The notes: generated from the sequence alone by a model not told the origin. A stretch of 64,000 nt of DNA from Emiliania huxleyi CCMP1516 (GCF_000372725.1 NW_005201192.1:558001-622000); one strand, 5' to 3'. Counted from the stretch's first letter, positions 36,579-49,471 are shown. A program made the numbers and translations.

Positions 36579-37629
36579 TGCGCTGGTCGGCCCCTTGCCG
36601 GAGCCTTGCCTAAATGGGAAAAAGAAAACCCGTTGGACCTTCTTTTCTACCAGGCTACGAGCTTACTTCCTCTTGATCACAGCGGATTTTGGTCACAATT
36701 TTCACATCATCGCTCTCTCTCTCTCTCTCTCTGCTCTCGCTTTGGCTCCTTTTTCTCTTTTTGTGACAGGCGACAGCAAGGTGTGACCGTGTGAGCTACC
36801 ACTTTCTTCCCCTACGCTCGTGTTATTGGAGATGTTCATGCTGCAGTTTATCGGGCCGACGATCGGCAGCGAGGAGACCCCTTGTCCCTCGCCTCGCTGC
36901 TCATCGTGGGCATTCGTTCAAGAAAGATGCTGAGCGAGCGTTGGCCTTCATACGTTATTCTTCCGATTCTATATTCTTTTTCGAAGCGATTTTCAGCGAT
37001 TTTCAGCGGGAATATAATGAATATTTGAGAATATAGGTAGGCCCGATTTGGAGCTGTACTCTTGTGGCATATTCGAGAATATAGACCCTGTTTGGGACAA
37101 GAATACGGAAAGAATACGGAAAAAGAATCTAGATAGTAGTGGGCGAGAAAAACGTAGGCCAAAGCGAGCGCGCGACCGACGGCGACGGCGGCTACGGCTG
37201 CCGCTGCCGCGCTTCTGCCGCCGCTGCTGCTGCCTCTGCTGCGGCTACCCGGCGAGGCCATCCTCGCGCGCACGGACGCTACAGGCGCGGGCGCGGGGGT
37301 GGAGGGTGCGTATGAGGCGGAGATGATGGAGGCGCTCGCCGCGTGCGGCGATTGAGCGCCTCCCTCTCTCTCCGGCTGCGCGCCTGACCGGTGCAGCTCC
37401 GAGTCGGCCTAGCGCGCGCGATAGATCTAAGGTTTTTGCTCGCCTTCCCTGGACCCCGTGTTGCGTGACTGTCTCTCTGCGATTTCGGGCCCGGGGTTGT
37501 GCGGGTGAACCTTCTTTTCTACCAGGCTAGGATTGAGAGCAGCCTCGCTCTTAATCCTAGAAGTCGAAGGATTGTGAGCAGCACTCCTCGCAATCGTAGC
37601 ATCTCCTGTGCGATTGTGAGCACCCACGC

Positions 37630-38210
37630 TCGCAATCCTTCATCTTCTATGCCTATAGAGCAGCTCCGCTCCCAAGGTGACTGGTGACGCCTACGACTAC
37701 TACCAGCGCGCTCGCAATCCGAGCAAAGTCTAGGGTTGCGAGCAGCTTAGCTCACAATCCTGGCAACATGCCTCCGATTGCGAGCAGGAGCGCTCGCAAT
37801 CCTACATTTTGCACGACGGATACTCTAGAGTCTCCCTGTCGTACTGATAGCAATGATCCAAGGATTGCACATAGGGCGCTCCCAAACACTCCAGCCGCGA
37901 GCGCTTGTGAGTGAGCGCGCCGGGATGGTCTCCTCACAATCCAAACAGTGATCGCACCGATTGCGAGGGGACCCGCGCGCAATCCTAGAAGTCGTAGGAC
38001 TGTGGGCGGTGTCGCTCGTAATCGGCGAAAGTTCTAGGATTGCGAGCGCTCCTGCTCGCAATCGGAGGCCTGTCGCTAGGATTGTGAGCAGTGCTGCTCG
38101 CAATCCTAGCCTTTGCTCGGATTGCGAGCGCGCTGGTAGTAGTCGTAGGCGTCACCAAGTCACCTTGGGAGCGGAGCTGCTCTTAGTCCTAGAAGACGTA
38201 GGATTGCTAG
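37630..38210. mobile_element. Inverted-repeat (MITE/foldback-like) element with internal subrepeats
   Basis: agagcagctccgctcccaaggtgact..gtgacgcctacgactactaccagcgcgctcgcaatccgagcaaag (~37657-37728) is the reverse complement of ~38111-38183. Many internal gctcgcaatcc/ggattgcgagc units. Confidence 0.8.
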
Positions 38211-38732
38211 AGGCGTGGCCGGCTTTTGGGCGTAGACCAAAACTTACAGCTGTCTACAGGGTACTTACATGGACTGGCTGTTCTTACAGACGCTTACACA
38301 AGGCATACCCACGCCTACCAGGCTTACCGTGGGGTGGTACTTGGGGCCATATATACCGGCACGAACCGGTTGGGTGCCGTTGGCAGCGGGGTGCGCTGAT
38401 AGAGCCAGAACACACCGAAAATAGGCCTTCACACCGGTCACCGCGACTGAGACATCCCACCGAGCGTGGGTGCTCACACTCGCACAGAAATGCTAGCGCG
38501 TTGCGTCTCTGAGAGAGGGAGAGAGAGAGAGAGAGAGGTGCCCCGTTTGTGCCGCGTCCCGTGCCCCCGAGTTAAATATGAAGAGAGAGAGGGGGGGGGG
38601 AAGAAGAAACTGGAAAAAAGAAAAGGTTCATCGCGGACGACGAGGCCGCAGCAAGCTAGCAGCCTCGCTAGCCTCGCTAGCCTCGCTGCCTCGCCGCTAG
38701 CCTCGCCGAAATTAACGCCAGTCTACCGCCGC

Positions 38733-39672
38733 ATGCCGGGCACCAACGCCCGCCGCTCCGGCCCGCCGAAGCACCAGAACAGCTTCGCGTGGGTCCCCGC
38801 CTCGGCGGACAAGCACAACACGCTGCAGGACAAGGTCGGCAAGCTCGACCTGCGCGGTGGCGTCTGCGCCAAGTGCGCGGCTGCCCGGCCCGGCCGAGTC
38901 GCCGCCCCCTGCATGAGCGCGCGACGGCTCCGCGCACAGGTGCTACGAGGTGATTGAGTGGAAGCGCCGGTACGGCAAGTACAAGCCGCTCAAGCAGCCG
39001 GCAAAGTGCCTCGGCTGCAACCAAAAGGCGGTGCACCAAGCCTACCACCAGCTCTGCCCTCCGTGCGCGGGCTCGCGCCGCGTGTGCGCAAAGTGCATGC
39101 GCGCGCCGCCGGCGCCGCCTACAGCCGAAGAGCTCGAGGCCAAGGAGGCGCAGGCGCACGCATCGCTCGAGTCGAGGCTCGGTGCACTGCCAGAGCGGCA
39201 GCGGCGGACGGCGCAGCGGCAGCTGGCGGTGGGGGCCGTGCCCGTCTCGCTCACGGCGCGCATCGAGCGGAGCCATGGCCCCACCGCAGTCGTGGCGGAG
39301 GACCTGGCCGCCGCCGCAGCTGCGAGCACCGCAGCTGCTGCCGCCGCCGCCGCTGCCGCCGCTGCCGCCGCTTCTTCCGAGCGGGCCGAGCCGGCCGAGT
39401 GCGCCACGCAAGGAGCAGCGCCTGCGGGTGGCGCCGCGCCCGCCCCGCCCCATTCGGCCGTCGAGGAGGCCGACGCCGGGGACGTGACGGCGCTGCTCGA
39501 CGCGGCGGTTCGCCGCGCGCTGCTGAGCGAGGCAGAGGCGGACAGGCTGACGGACGCGATCGCGTCGGGCGCTCGTTCGGAGGAGGAGGTCGCCGCCGAG
39601 TGGGAGTGGGCGGCGAGGCTGGCGCTGCCAACTGGTGGCGCCGCAGTCGACCCCAGGCCCAGCAGCGAATGA
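38733..39672 (+). CDS. C9orf85/DUF2039-like zinc-binding protein; exons 38733-38872 and 38940-39672
   Basis: PPKHQNSFAW...GVCAKC.EVIEWKRRYGKYKPLKQPAKC..C.QK.V..AYH.LC..CA....VCAKC. GT-AG intron 38873-38939. Confidence 0.85.
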
Positions 39673-39977
39673 GGCGAGAGAACGGCGAGGGCTTGACACT
39701 TGTGGCTTGAGGCGCCCGCCAAAGGAGAGCGCAGCAAAGCTTTGTGGGTAACGCACGCAAGAGAGCCGTCGTGCGCGGCTCTCGTCTATATAAAACTCAC
39801 CGTCGCACGGTCCAGTGGCAGTGTGCACCTGTGCGCGCAGCGGCGCCACACACCGCACCGCCACACGCCACAGGACGGCCGAGATAAACTCCATACTGAA
39901 ACACGGCGTGGAATACACGTCCACCATTCCCCAGTCGAGGCCGACGCGCGTCGGCCTGCGCGCTCCCCCCAAGGCCG

Positions 39978-40460
39978 TCAGTTCTCCTTGCCCGCCTCCA
40001 CTATGGGCTGCAGCGCCGCCGGAGAGTACTTTACCGACTTCAACACTTTGTTGTCGGCCGTGCGGTAAACGAGGTACTGGCCGTCGCACTCCTCGATCCT
40101 CGCCGGCTGATCCTTGGCTGCGTAGTGCGCGACGGTCGCCTCGGCCTCCTCCCTCGTGGCGCATGCCTTGCTCATGTTTGATCTCTGAACCTCAGCAAAC
40201 AGGTCGGCGAACCTTGTGCCGAGCCCGAACTCGTGAACGGCCCCGGCGTACTGGATGTCGGCGAGGGCGTCGGCCACCTCGACCAGATCGTTCTGCGAGA
40301 TAGCCTCCTTTAGCTCGTTCAGCTCTTCCTGCAGCAGCTCCACGCGCAGGGCGCACCTCTTGGCGTCAGGGATTGCTGGCGAGACGACAACAGGCGCCTT
40401 GAAGAGGCGGTGGAAGGCGGCGACGTCACGGAGGCAGGAAGGCTCGCGGTACTCAGGCAT
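39978..40460 (-). CDS. MazG-like/PRA-PH all-alpha nucleoside triphosphate pyrophosphohydrolase
   Basis: V..FH..F..P, LRVELLQEELNEL..A....DLVEVADALAD, EVQRSNMSK and KVLKS..Y motifs. Intronless. Confidence 0.88.
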   Translation of the reverse strand: MPEYREPSCLRDVAAFHRLFKAPVVVSPAIPDAKRCALRVELLQEELNELKEAISQNDLVEVADALADIQYAGAVHEFGLGTRFADLFAEVQRSNMSKACATREEAEATVAHYAAKDQPARIEECDGQYLVYRTADNKVLKSVKYSPAALQPIVEAGKEN

Positions 40461-40841
40461 GACGGAAAAACGGCCGTTCGCGGGCAACAGGCAGAGCAAA
40501 AGAAAGCGCCGGGCAAAGTTGTCTGTTTTCTTTCTTTCTTTCTATCTGTCCGTTTTTTATTTAGATCTACCTGGAATTTGTTTGATCTACCGCGTAGTAC
40601 CGTGGAGGATATATTAAGGTCTAGGAAGCCGGGTGGGGGTGCGCGGAGCTGCGCGGCGGCGACGCCGCGCCGCCACAGCCCACACGCACACGGGCGGCCC
40701 GCACGGCGCTAGATCCGGTGTGGTCCGCGCGCGAATAGGGAATATCAACATGGTATTAAACGTATGCCTGCTTCTCCTTGTGTTTTTTGGGGCACCGCGC
40801 CCAAGCCCTCTCTGCGCACCCAGTAGCCCACTACTCTGGCA

Positions 40842-42855
40842 CTAGCGGGCGGCGTTGCAAGCGTGCACCGCCCAGCTTGTGCCGGTGCCTGCAAACGGCG
40901 CCGCGCCATCCGCAAGCCCTCCCTCTGGCCGAGGGGCAAGCAGCGCCGCCAGCGCGGCTCTCGAGGCGGCCGCGTCGGAGCGGTGCGCCTGGGCGAGGCC
41001 GATCGGCTGAGAATGTTGCCCCCCCGTCCCGCCCTCTCCCCCGGCGCCTCCCGCCTTTGCAAGCGCGAACCCGAACTCGTGCGGCTTGCGCAGCCTTCCG
41101 TCTCGCGGCGCGGCGGAGGTCGGCTCTGGCTCCACCTCCATCTCGGTCGGAGGCGGCGGCTCGGGCGGCGGGTCGGGCTCGGGCGGGCGATAGAGGAGCG
41201 AGCGCAGAAAGGCGCGGCGGGAGGCGTGCGCCTCCAGCGCGGAGAGCGTCTCCTGCAGCGAGGCGTCGAGCTCCGCCGCCCCGTCCGCCTGCCTGCCCTC
41301 CGCCAAGCCGGCCAGCAGCGAGGAGAGGCTCGGCGCGTCTTGCGGCGGCTCCGGCGGCTCGAGGACCTGGAGGTCGTACGCCCGCCTACGGCGTGCGATC
41401 GTCTAGCCGCGTCACGCACGCGTGGCGGCGCCTGTGGGGCGGCGCGGGTGAGTCGCGCGTGGCGTGAGGCCCGTCAGCGATGACGTGGTGGATGACGAAG
41501 GGGAGGGCGTCGAGCGTGCGGTAGTGCTGCTCCTGCGGGCCGGCGGGCGGGGGCGTGGGAGCGAAGAAGAGGGAGGGAGGCGGGCGGGCGCCTCGCCTGG
41601 CGCAGCAGGTGCATCGTCTCGCAGAGCGACGCGCTGGCCGAGGGCTGCCTGCCGACCAGCTGCAGGAGCGGCGCCTTTGCTCGGTCGTGGTGCAGCGCCC
41701 ACCGCACCATGCTGCACAGGTCGCGGTGCGTGAGGAATGTGTTTGGCGGCTGCGCCAGCGCGGCGGCGAGCGGAGGCATCAGCATGTAGCGCTGGACCGA
41801 GGCTGGGCCGCGAGGCAGGCCGAGGATGAGGCGGCAGATGAGCTGGGGCACGTCCGCGGGCGAAGAGCGGGAGAGCACCACCACGCGCGCACCGCCTACT
41901 CGCCACTCCTCACGCCCCTCGGGGGCCGCACGAGCGGGCAGCGGGCCGGTGCGGGCTGCGCAGCGGCGCCTTGCGGCCCCTCGGCCGACCAGTCCTGGTG
42001 CAGGGGGGTCCCCGGGGGCTGGCCCTCGAGGGGGGCCTGCCCCTGGGGAGCCCCTCAAACCCTCCCCGGGGGAACCCCCCCCCGGAAACCCCCCCCCCCC
42101 CCCCCCAACCCCCTCCTCTCCTCCCACCCCCTCCCCTCCCACCCCTCCCACCCCACCCCACCCCACCCCCTCCCCGAGACGTCGAGACGGGCAGAGGCGC
42201 GCACCTCGAACCTCACCGAAGAGAAGAAGCGGCGCAGCTCAAGAGGCTCCTGTTCCTCCGCCGCCGCCGCCGCCGCCGCCGCTGCTGCGGCGGCGTCGGC
42301 GTCGGCAGGGGCGACGGCGGCCTCGCCATTGCCACCGCCGCCCTCGCCCTCGCCGCCGCCGTTGTCCGACAGCTGCTGCTGTGCCACCGCAGCCTCGGCG
42401 GGCGGCGTGGCCGCGGGCGGGTCCTGGATGCGTTTCGCCCACACCTTGACCGTCCAGGCGACGGAGGGCTGCGCCGGGGGCGCGCCGGCGACCTGCGGCG
42501 CCGGCGCCGGCTCGAGCGACGAGCCGACAAAGAGACGGACCAAACGCGTGCGCGGCGTGGGCGAGTGCACCCCAGTGGCGCCGCCTGCGAACCGGAGCTC
42601 GTGCTCGAACGCGGCGGCCCTGGCGGTGAGCTCCGAGGCCAGCCGCGACTCAGCGCGCAGCAGCTCGTGGTAGCAGCCCGCGGCATTCGCTCCCACCTGC
42701 GACGCCACCAGCGCCGAGAGGCTGCGACACTGCGGCGACGCAGCCCGCGGCCCGGCCGCCGCGGGAGGCCGGGCCGGCGGCGCAGCGGCGACGCTCGCAC
42801 TACGGCGCTTGGCGCCGACCAGGCGCTCCCGGAGCTGGGCCTCGTCAGTAGACAT
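40842..42855 (-). CDS. SWI/SNF BAF60 (SMARCD)-like SWIB-domain protein, multi-exon
   Basis: Y.ELL..E.RL...., R.RLVRLFV, WTVKV, RRFFSSVRFE, and a later RY.L.P.LA..L segment follow the BAF60 motif order. Exon boundaries are only partly resolved. Confidence 0.6.
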
Positions 42856-43980
42856 GGCGCCTGGGAAGCGGCGCTCGTTGCGCCCAAAACGAGAAACCAA
42901 CCGGGTGCGGTGTGTGGCCGCGAAAGCACGGCTGGCATCCGTGGCGTGGGGCTCGCCTTCGAAAAGTCGGGCATGGCTCTCCCCGCAACTCTATCGCTAA
43001 CACGCGCGCACCACCGAGACTGTGGTGAGCGCGCTGCGGTCGCACGTCTACCTCCGTCATAGTGCCACGACGTGCGGCCTAGAATTAGCACACGCGCCTC
43101 TGCTTGCATACACTCATACATTGGGTTGTCATCGCCTGTGAGTGCGAGAAGGGCTAGCCGCAGGCAGCTAGCCTCTGAGGAGGGCGTCCATAGACACCTC
43201 ACTAGACCCCACACACGGTCTCGTCCGTGCCTCGCCGGCCGGAGAGATTGCTGGAGGTAGAGCAAGCCCGCTCTAGCCTCGCATATCACTTCCTGTCGTC
43301 TGTTGTTTGTTGCGCCCTTGTTTGTAGAGTCTTGGCACCGTGGAGTGCTGGGGGGGGCGACAGGGAGGATATGGCCTTGAGTTATGTGTACGCCGACTCA
43401 GGGTGTGTGGCAGCCCGCTGGCTGTGTGTCTTGTGAGCTTGTTTGTGTCTGTGTGTCGCTCGTGCGTGTCGTCATCATCTGTCCAGCGTCCACCCATACC
43501 GCGTTGGTGTCCAGTCCGAGCCTGGCTGTTCTTCACCTTTCTACCTACCTACTCGCACGTCGCGTCCACCCATCCGGGCCAAAAAAGAAAAATCTTTGCT
43601 ACAGCGCGGGCCGCCGCTCGCCAAGCCCCTCAGATGAGTGGTCAGATGGATAGATCTAGTGCCCGAGAGCGAGGGGTCCGGGGTGGAGCACAAACATAGG
43701 ACGCCCAGCCTTGCCCTCGCGCCGCCGAGTGTGCGTATCTTATGCGAGAGAGATCCCCTGTACGTGCCCTGTCCCCTATCCCAGCCCTCTCTCCGCGCGG
43801 CGATGCGCCCTCCCCGCCTCGCTTTTGCAAAATCCTGCAAAGGTGGGGACGTGTCTGTCCTCGACCCAGCCCTAGCTTGGGATGTCCGTTTTATTCCGCC
43901 TGCGTTTGGGTTTGTATGTTTGCGATTTGGAATTTGGCATTTGTCTAGTTCTTTGTTTATTTATTTACTTATGCAGTGTG

Positions 43981-44255
43981 AAGGGGAACCTGGTACGCGG
44001 GTCCAACCCTCGGAGAGTGTTCTTTAGCTCCGAGTAGAGGGCTGAGGCGGGGCGTTCTGCTGCTAGAGGGGGACCCAAAGCGCGAGGGAAAATTCCGCCG
44101 CTTAGGGAAACCCGGAGCGCGCGGAGCTAACCCTCAGAGACCCGTGTTATGGCCCTGCGACCGCGCACCCCCCAGGGCTAGGGCTCTCTTGCCCGCAACC
44201 CGATGCCAATCGTCCGGCCTTTATGGGTGCGCTTCTTAGCTCCCCGGCCCTGGGC
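43981..44255 (-). repeat. Dispersed repeat family A, copy 2 (inverted)
   Basis: ggggaacctggtacgcgggtccaaccct and cccccagggctagggctctcttgcccgcaacccgatgcc match 53000-53135 as reverse complement. Confidence 0.8.
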
Positions 44256-44303
44256 GTGCGTGGGAGAAAGGGAGAGGGGTTTGTGTGTGTGTCTCTCTCC
44301 CGA

Positions 44304-44526
44304 TGTAGAGAGCGATGTAGAGCGATGTTGAGCGCGATTTACTTAGTGATTTCACTGTGAATTCGCACTCTACATCGCTCTAACATCGGACGGAGGCAGT
44401 CCGTCCCGCGCCGGATGGCCGGATGTAGAGCTCAAGTCTCTACAGCTCTGCAGCGCTCCAGAGCGCTCTACATCTCTACATCGCTCTACAGCGCTCTACA
44501 CTCTACATCCTCTACACGCCTCCCTC
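44304..44526. repeat. Short repeat element built from tgtagagcg/cgctctaca inverted units
   Basis: atgtagag units on the left and ctctaca units on the right. Confidence 0.6.
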
Positions 44527-44758
44527 AGATTCTCGTTTGGTTGGCGGCGCGATGCTGCCGCCCTGGCTGGCTTTCGACCCGTGCCGAGACACATTTTGCA
44601 ACCCGTTCGATTCCTGGCTCACAAATAAAGGCAAGCTAAAGATGTTCACGGGCCCGCGGGCCCCCACAGGGGGGGCGGAAACCCGGGCAAAGCACCGGCT
44701 GGCGTTCCTAAAGCGCGTTCGGCCCGCAGTCTCGCTCGGCCCAAGTTGTCGGATACCC

Positions 44759-46245
44759 ATGTCTTCGATGTTGAGCGTCGGCGTCCTCTTCGACTTTGAC
44801 GGCACGCTGGGCGACACCGAGGCGCCGGCGATGGACGTCGCCTTTTGGGAGCTCGCGCCCTTCATGCCGTCGCTCGAGCGGCTCGCCACGGACCCGGCGG
44901 GGCTCGACGCAGCCCGGGACGCTTTTGTGGTGGAGAATGCCGGCAAGGCCTTCGAGTTCATGCTCGAAAAGGTGGACGCGGAGCGCGCAGCGTCCGGCGG
45001 GCTGCTGCCGATCGAGCAGGCCTGGGCGCGCGACCTGGCGGCGTGCGCGCTCACAGCCTCGCCGCTCGCAGCGGCGGTGGACACGCAGCGCGCAAAGCTG
45101 GGGCTGAAGACGCTCGCCGACATCTTCTCCGCCAGCGCGGCGGAGCCGACCCTGCTCGCGCAGCAAAAGGCCGACACCAACGCGCGGCTCGCGATCGCAG
45201 CCACCCCGACGCCGAACACGCCCGCCGCACTCGAGGCGCTGGTCAAGGCGACCTGCGCCGTGCCGCCGGTCGCGGGGCCCCACCGCGTTGCAGCTCCTCT
45301 CACGAGAAGCCTCTGGCCTCGGCCTCGCCGCAGGCCAGCGTGCCCTTTGTGATCGCCACCACCTCCGGCAAGCCGCGCGTGCCAATCTGCGTCGACGCGT
45401 GCGGCTTCCGGGCGCACTTTCCGTCCGACGACGCAAACATCCACTCGGGCGAGTCGGACTTCGACCCGCCGCGCTTCAAGCCGGCGCTCGAAGCCTCGCC
45501 CCGCCTCCCCAGGGCCCTGTCCGGCGGGTCATGCTTTCCCGCGGAGCCCGCCCTCTCCCACCTCCCCGCCGCGCGCACCCTGCTGCCGGCCCGCCTCTGC
45601 CGCCCCGCCTCTGCCGCCCCGCCTCTGCCGCCGCCTCTGCCGCCCCACCCTCTGCTGCCGGCTCGCCAGGCGCCGGACGTGTACCTGCGAGCCGCCTCGT
45701 ACGTCGGCGGAGGAGGGGGTTTGCCTCCGGCCCGGTGCGTGGCCGGCGGAGCGCCTCTGCGAGCGGGGTCGGCAGGAGCCGTCCAGGAGCCGTCCAGGAC
45801 GCGTGCACGGAGCCTCCCTGCAGGTGCGTTGCGGTGGAGGACTCTGCGAGCGGGGTCGGCTCCGCCGCCAATGCGAAGATCGGCCTGATCGTCGGCTACG
45901 TCGGCGCATCCCACATCACCGACAAGGAAGCCGGCCGAGGTCTCGAGGTCTCGCGCGCACATGAGCCGTCCCTGAGCCGTCCCTCGGGCCCTCGGAGTAG
46001 GACGGGCACGCGCGGATGCTGATGCGCGGGCACGACCGGCCGAGGCGGCTGCGGGACGGGTGGGGCCCTGCCCGGACGCGCCTCTCCTCCTCCTCTGTAG
46101 GGAGCGGTCCGAGGACGGGCGCGGAGCCGACGTCGTGCTTGCGGACATGGCGGACTTGCCGGCCGTGGTTGCGGCGTTCGGCACGGGCGGCGGCGCGGCG
46201 GTGCGAGGCGCGTCGTGGGTGCGCCTCCCGAGCTGCAGCAGCTAG
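44759..46245 (+). CDS. HAD-superfamily hydrolase (subfamily IA), multi-exon
   Basis: Motif I LFDFDGTLGDTE, motif II VIATTS, motif III RFKP(A)PDVY, motif IV VAVEDSASGV. Confidence 0.85.
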
Positions 46246-46922
46246 CTCTGCTGCAGCTGATACCTCTGCTACAGCCCATAGCTCTCTGCTACAGCTGCTT
46301 CGACCTCCTGCAGACAGGGGCTGGGCAGGGATAAACAAGTGGTGGAGACGAGTCGAATCGCGAGCGCCTCCTCCCTCGTACCTAGTAGCGCTGTAGCGGT
46401 CTTCGGTGGCCGGTGGCGTGCGGCCGCGTGGCGGGCCGGCGCCGTGCGTGAGTGTGGGCGGGCTCTCCGAGGGCGCGCCTGCGTCAGTGTGCCTGCGTGT
46501 CCGGTGTGTGCCCCGCCACCCCGCACTGGCCTTCGACCGCAGCACGCGTGGTCTCGAGCCCCCGCACGGACCGAGCCGCTGTCGTTTTTTGCATGCGATC
46601 GCCCATCTCATGACAAAACACGGTAACGGTTTTCAAAACCAATTTCATCGCCGCGCACCAATGTTCTTTGGTGCACCCCTAGGGATGAACCGTCTCGCTG
46701 ATTGGGCTGAAGCCTGTGAACCGCTATATAGGCTCTACGTACCGCGGCTTCGGGGCTCGGGGTGCGGGGTCCGGGGAGACGCGGCGGCGCGCAAAACGCA
46801 ACACATCGCGTGCAAAATTCAAGGTCTCTCGCACACGTGCTTGCGGATGACGCGTCGCATCTCGCTGGCGGAGCGTGCCGATCGAGGGGGCGCCCCAACT
46901 CCGCCAAAGTATCCGCGCCTCC

Positions 46923-47846
46923 TCAGGCCAGCGAGGTGAGCACGCCCTCGAGACCGAGCTTGCGCGGCGGCGCCTAGGCGGAGGCAGGCGTCGCGTGTGA
47001 GCGGAGGCGCGCACGCCGAACATGTCGTATGAAAGGCGAGCTAGCAGCCACGGCCCGGCCCGGCCGGGCCAGGGCACAGCGGCGCGCCTTGCTCTCGGGG
47101 TCCAGCGGCTTTGCCGGGTAGCCTATAGGACGAGGCAGCCATGAGCGAGGACGAGGCAGCGCCTAGGATTCAGATGGAGGACGCGAGCCCGCGCCGTACC
47201 ACACGGCGCCCATGAAGCGCTCTGCTGCCGCGTCGGCGCCCACAGCGCCGAGGATATCCTCGGGCGCGATGCCGAGAGCGCCGGTCATCCACTTGCTGCC
47301 TGCAGGCGCGGGGTCGCGACCCGTGAGCAGCCGGAGGCGGATGGATCAGAGGCGGGTGATCAGAGGCGGAGGCTCGCCGATCCCATCGTCGGAGAAGGAG
47401 AGCATCATGTTTTGGATGGCGCACGAGACTGCGGCGTGATCCTCGAGGCCCTTCTTGGTCGAGATTAGCCCCGCGTCGTCGTACTCGGTCGCCACAGTCA
47501 CCACGATCCAGCCCGGTACGCCCTCAAACATCGCGCGCTTGTCTTCGTTCAGAGCACACAGCTTTGCGACCGTCTCGGGGCCGCACTGGTAAAAGCGCCA
47601 CGGCTCCGTGAGAAAGTGGTTTGGCGCGAGGATCGCCGCCTCGAGCGCGGCAGTCACGACATTCGCGGGCACGGGCTTGGACGAATCATACTTCGCGACG
47701 CTGCGGCGCTGCGCCAGCGTTGAAAAGACGACGCACTCGTCGGCAGCGGCGCGGGGCTGGGGAGTGCGGTGCGCAGCAGCCGGGACGGGTGCTTGCAGCC
47801 GGGAGGGGAGGAGGAACGAGGCAGCGAGCGTGTAGAGCGCGAGCAT
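46923..47846 (-). CDS. Nitroreductase-family flavoprotein with a putative bipartite plastid-targeting leader, multi-exon
   Basis: RRSVAKY, AAILAPNH..TEPWRF, D.AAVSCAIQNMML, G(S)KWMTG and GYP. N-terminus MLALYTLAASF resembles a signal peptide plus Phe motif. Confidence 0.85.
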
Positions 47847-48736
47847 GTGGCGATGTGGCGGAGACGCTGCGCCCACAGAGGTCGCGAGGTGCTATCACCA
47901 CTCCGAGAAAGACGAGGCGCAGACAAAAGAAAATTTCCGGTTAAGTGCTCCAAGTGCTCCTCGGAGTCAGGAGCAGGAGAGCCCCACCTGTCCCCCTGAT
48001 CGTCCTTCCAAAATCCTGCTCGTGCCTCGTGCAGGTGGGGACCCTGTCCTCGTCCCATCCCTCGTTTGGCGTGTCTGTTTTCTTTCTTTCTTTCCTCGGA
48101 ATATCTTGATTTTTTCTTCAAAGATAGCCTTTGCCTTTCTTCAAAGATAGCCTTTGCCTCTATCGGTGCTGCGAGTACAGACCACGCCTGCTATTCACAT
48201 AAACATACAACCCCGAGAAATCGCACACAGACAGTCACGCAACACGGGGTCCCAGGGAAGGCGAGCAAAAACCTTATCACGCGCGCTAGACGCCTGCTAT
48301 TCACAGCACAACCGTTGCCTTGGCGGCGAGGGCCGGGGCAGCTTTGTTGTGCAGCCCTTTTTCAGATGGCAGATATGCAGTCGGTGAACACACAGATGCC
48401 GTCGGTGGACATGCTCCTGACGGCAGAGACCGCGCCAGCGTACGCGAACGGCGTCGGTGCGCTGGATGGCGCCTCCCACGCTGTAGAGGTCGACGGCGGA
48501 AACCTCAACTATGCCTTCAGGGTGTCATGTGCGGACGGCAACTCCATCTTCCTCAAGCAGACGCCTGGCTTTGTCAAGGCTCGCTTGCTTCATTCCGCTC
48601 TCTGCGTAGACTCCACAGTGTGGCGCACCCACATTCGCAGCCACACTCCTCCCCAGGTCCTCCCGTGTCGTTCGCTCGACGCTCGTCCCGCTAGCCGCTA
48701 GGTGTTAATATTCACAGCCTTGACCCTTGTTATGAG

Positions 48737-49296
48737 TGAGTGAGTATTCTTGATACGAAACCACGACGACACACACCAGTCGACTCGCATCGGTTGCCTC
48801 CATGAACGGCGGAGCTGCGACGGTGTATCATTCACTTTATGCCACCGTTGCATATCCTGCGACGGTGTATCATTCACTTTATGCCACCGTTGCATATCCT
48901 GCGACGGTGTATCATTCACATTGTGCCACCGTGGCAGCACCGGCATTGCTGGGGACACTTGAAGGGCACGCAAGGCCTCCGAAGTTTTATCTCTGGGCCC
49001 CGAAAGGCATCTCTAGCAGCGGCGTTACGCGTGCGCCCTCCCCTCCTGGGCGCATGCGCCTCACGTCTCGACAGAGCATAAGCCCCTTGGCGTGTGACGA
49101 GACGAGTTCTTCGCAATCGCAGCGAGCAGCAAGCCACTCGCCGCAGCAGCCGGAGGCATCGCCGCAACGCTGTCTGCGCCGCGGTCCCGCACCCGTCGAC
49201 GAAGCTCCCCCCGCGGAAGACCGCGCGTAGCGACGCCTTGACGATCGAGATGAGCGCGCTTGAAGCTCGCCCACCTACACACACACACACACACAC
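48737..49296 (+). mobile_element. SINE-like insertion with (CA)n tail and 14-bp TSD
   Basis: ACCCTTGTTATGAG at 48723-48736 and 49297-49310. Three 42-bp tandem units at 48815-48937. An empty site occurs at 50178-50191. Confidence 0.8.
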
Positions 49297-49410
49297 ACCC
49301 TTGTTATGAGAAGGAAATACGTCCTATGGCGCTGTGCGCTGTTCACAGGGGGTGCTACGCTGCGCTTTTCGGCGAAAAGAGTGTTAGAGTTGTTTGGTAT
49401 TGCTAAAAAT

Positions 49411-49412
<2 letters not shown>

Positions 49413-49468
<56 letters not shown>
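49413..49468. repeat. (CA)n microsatellite
   Basis: Perfect CA run. Confidence 0.98.

Positions 49469-49471
<3 letters not shown>

Noticed and set aside
41990..42180. Homopolymer-rich G/C stretches (also 33379-33600 and 59820-59970) as G-quadruplex elements
   Set aside because: The pattern resembles degraded read ends within introns, so the sequence is not trustworthy.
48815..48937. 42-bp repeats as a CRISPR-like array
   Set aside because: Units are directly tandem without unique spacers, the context is eukaryotic, and no cas genes are present.
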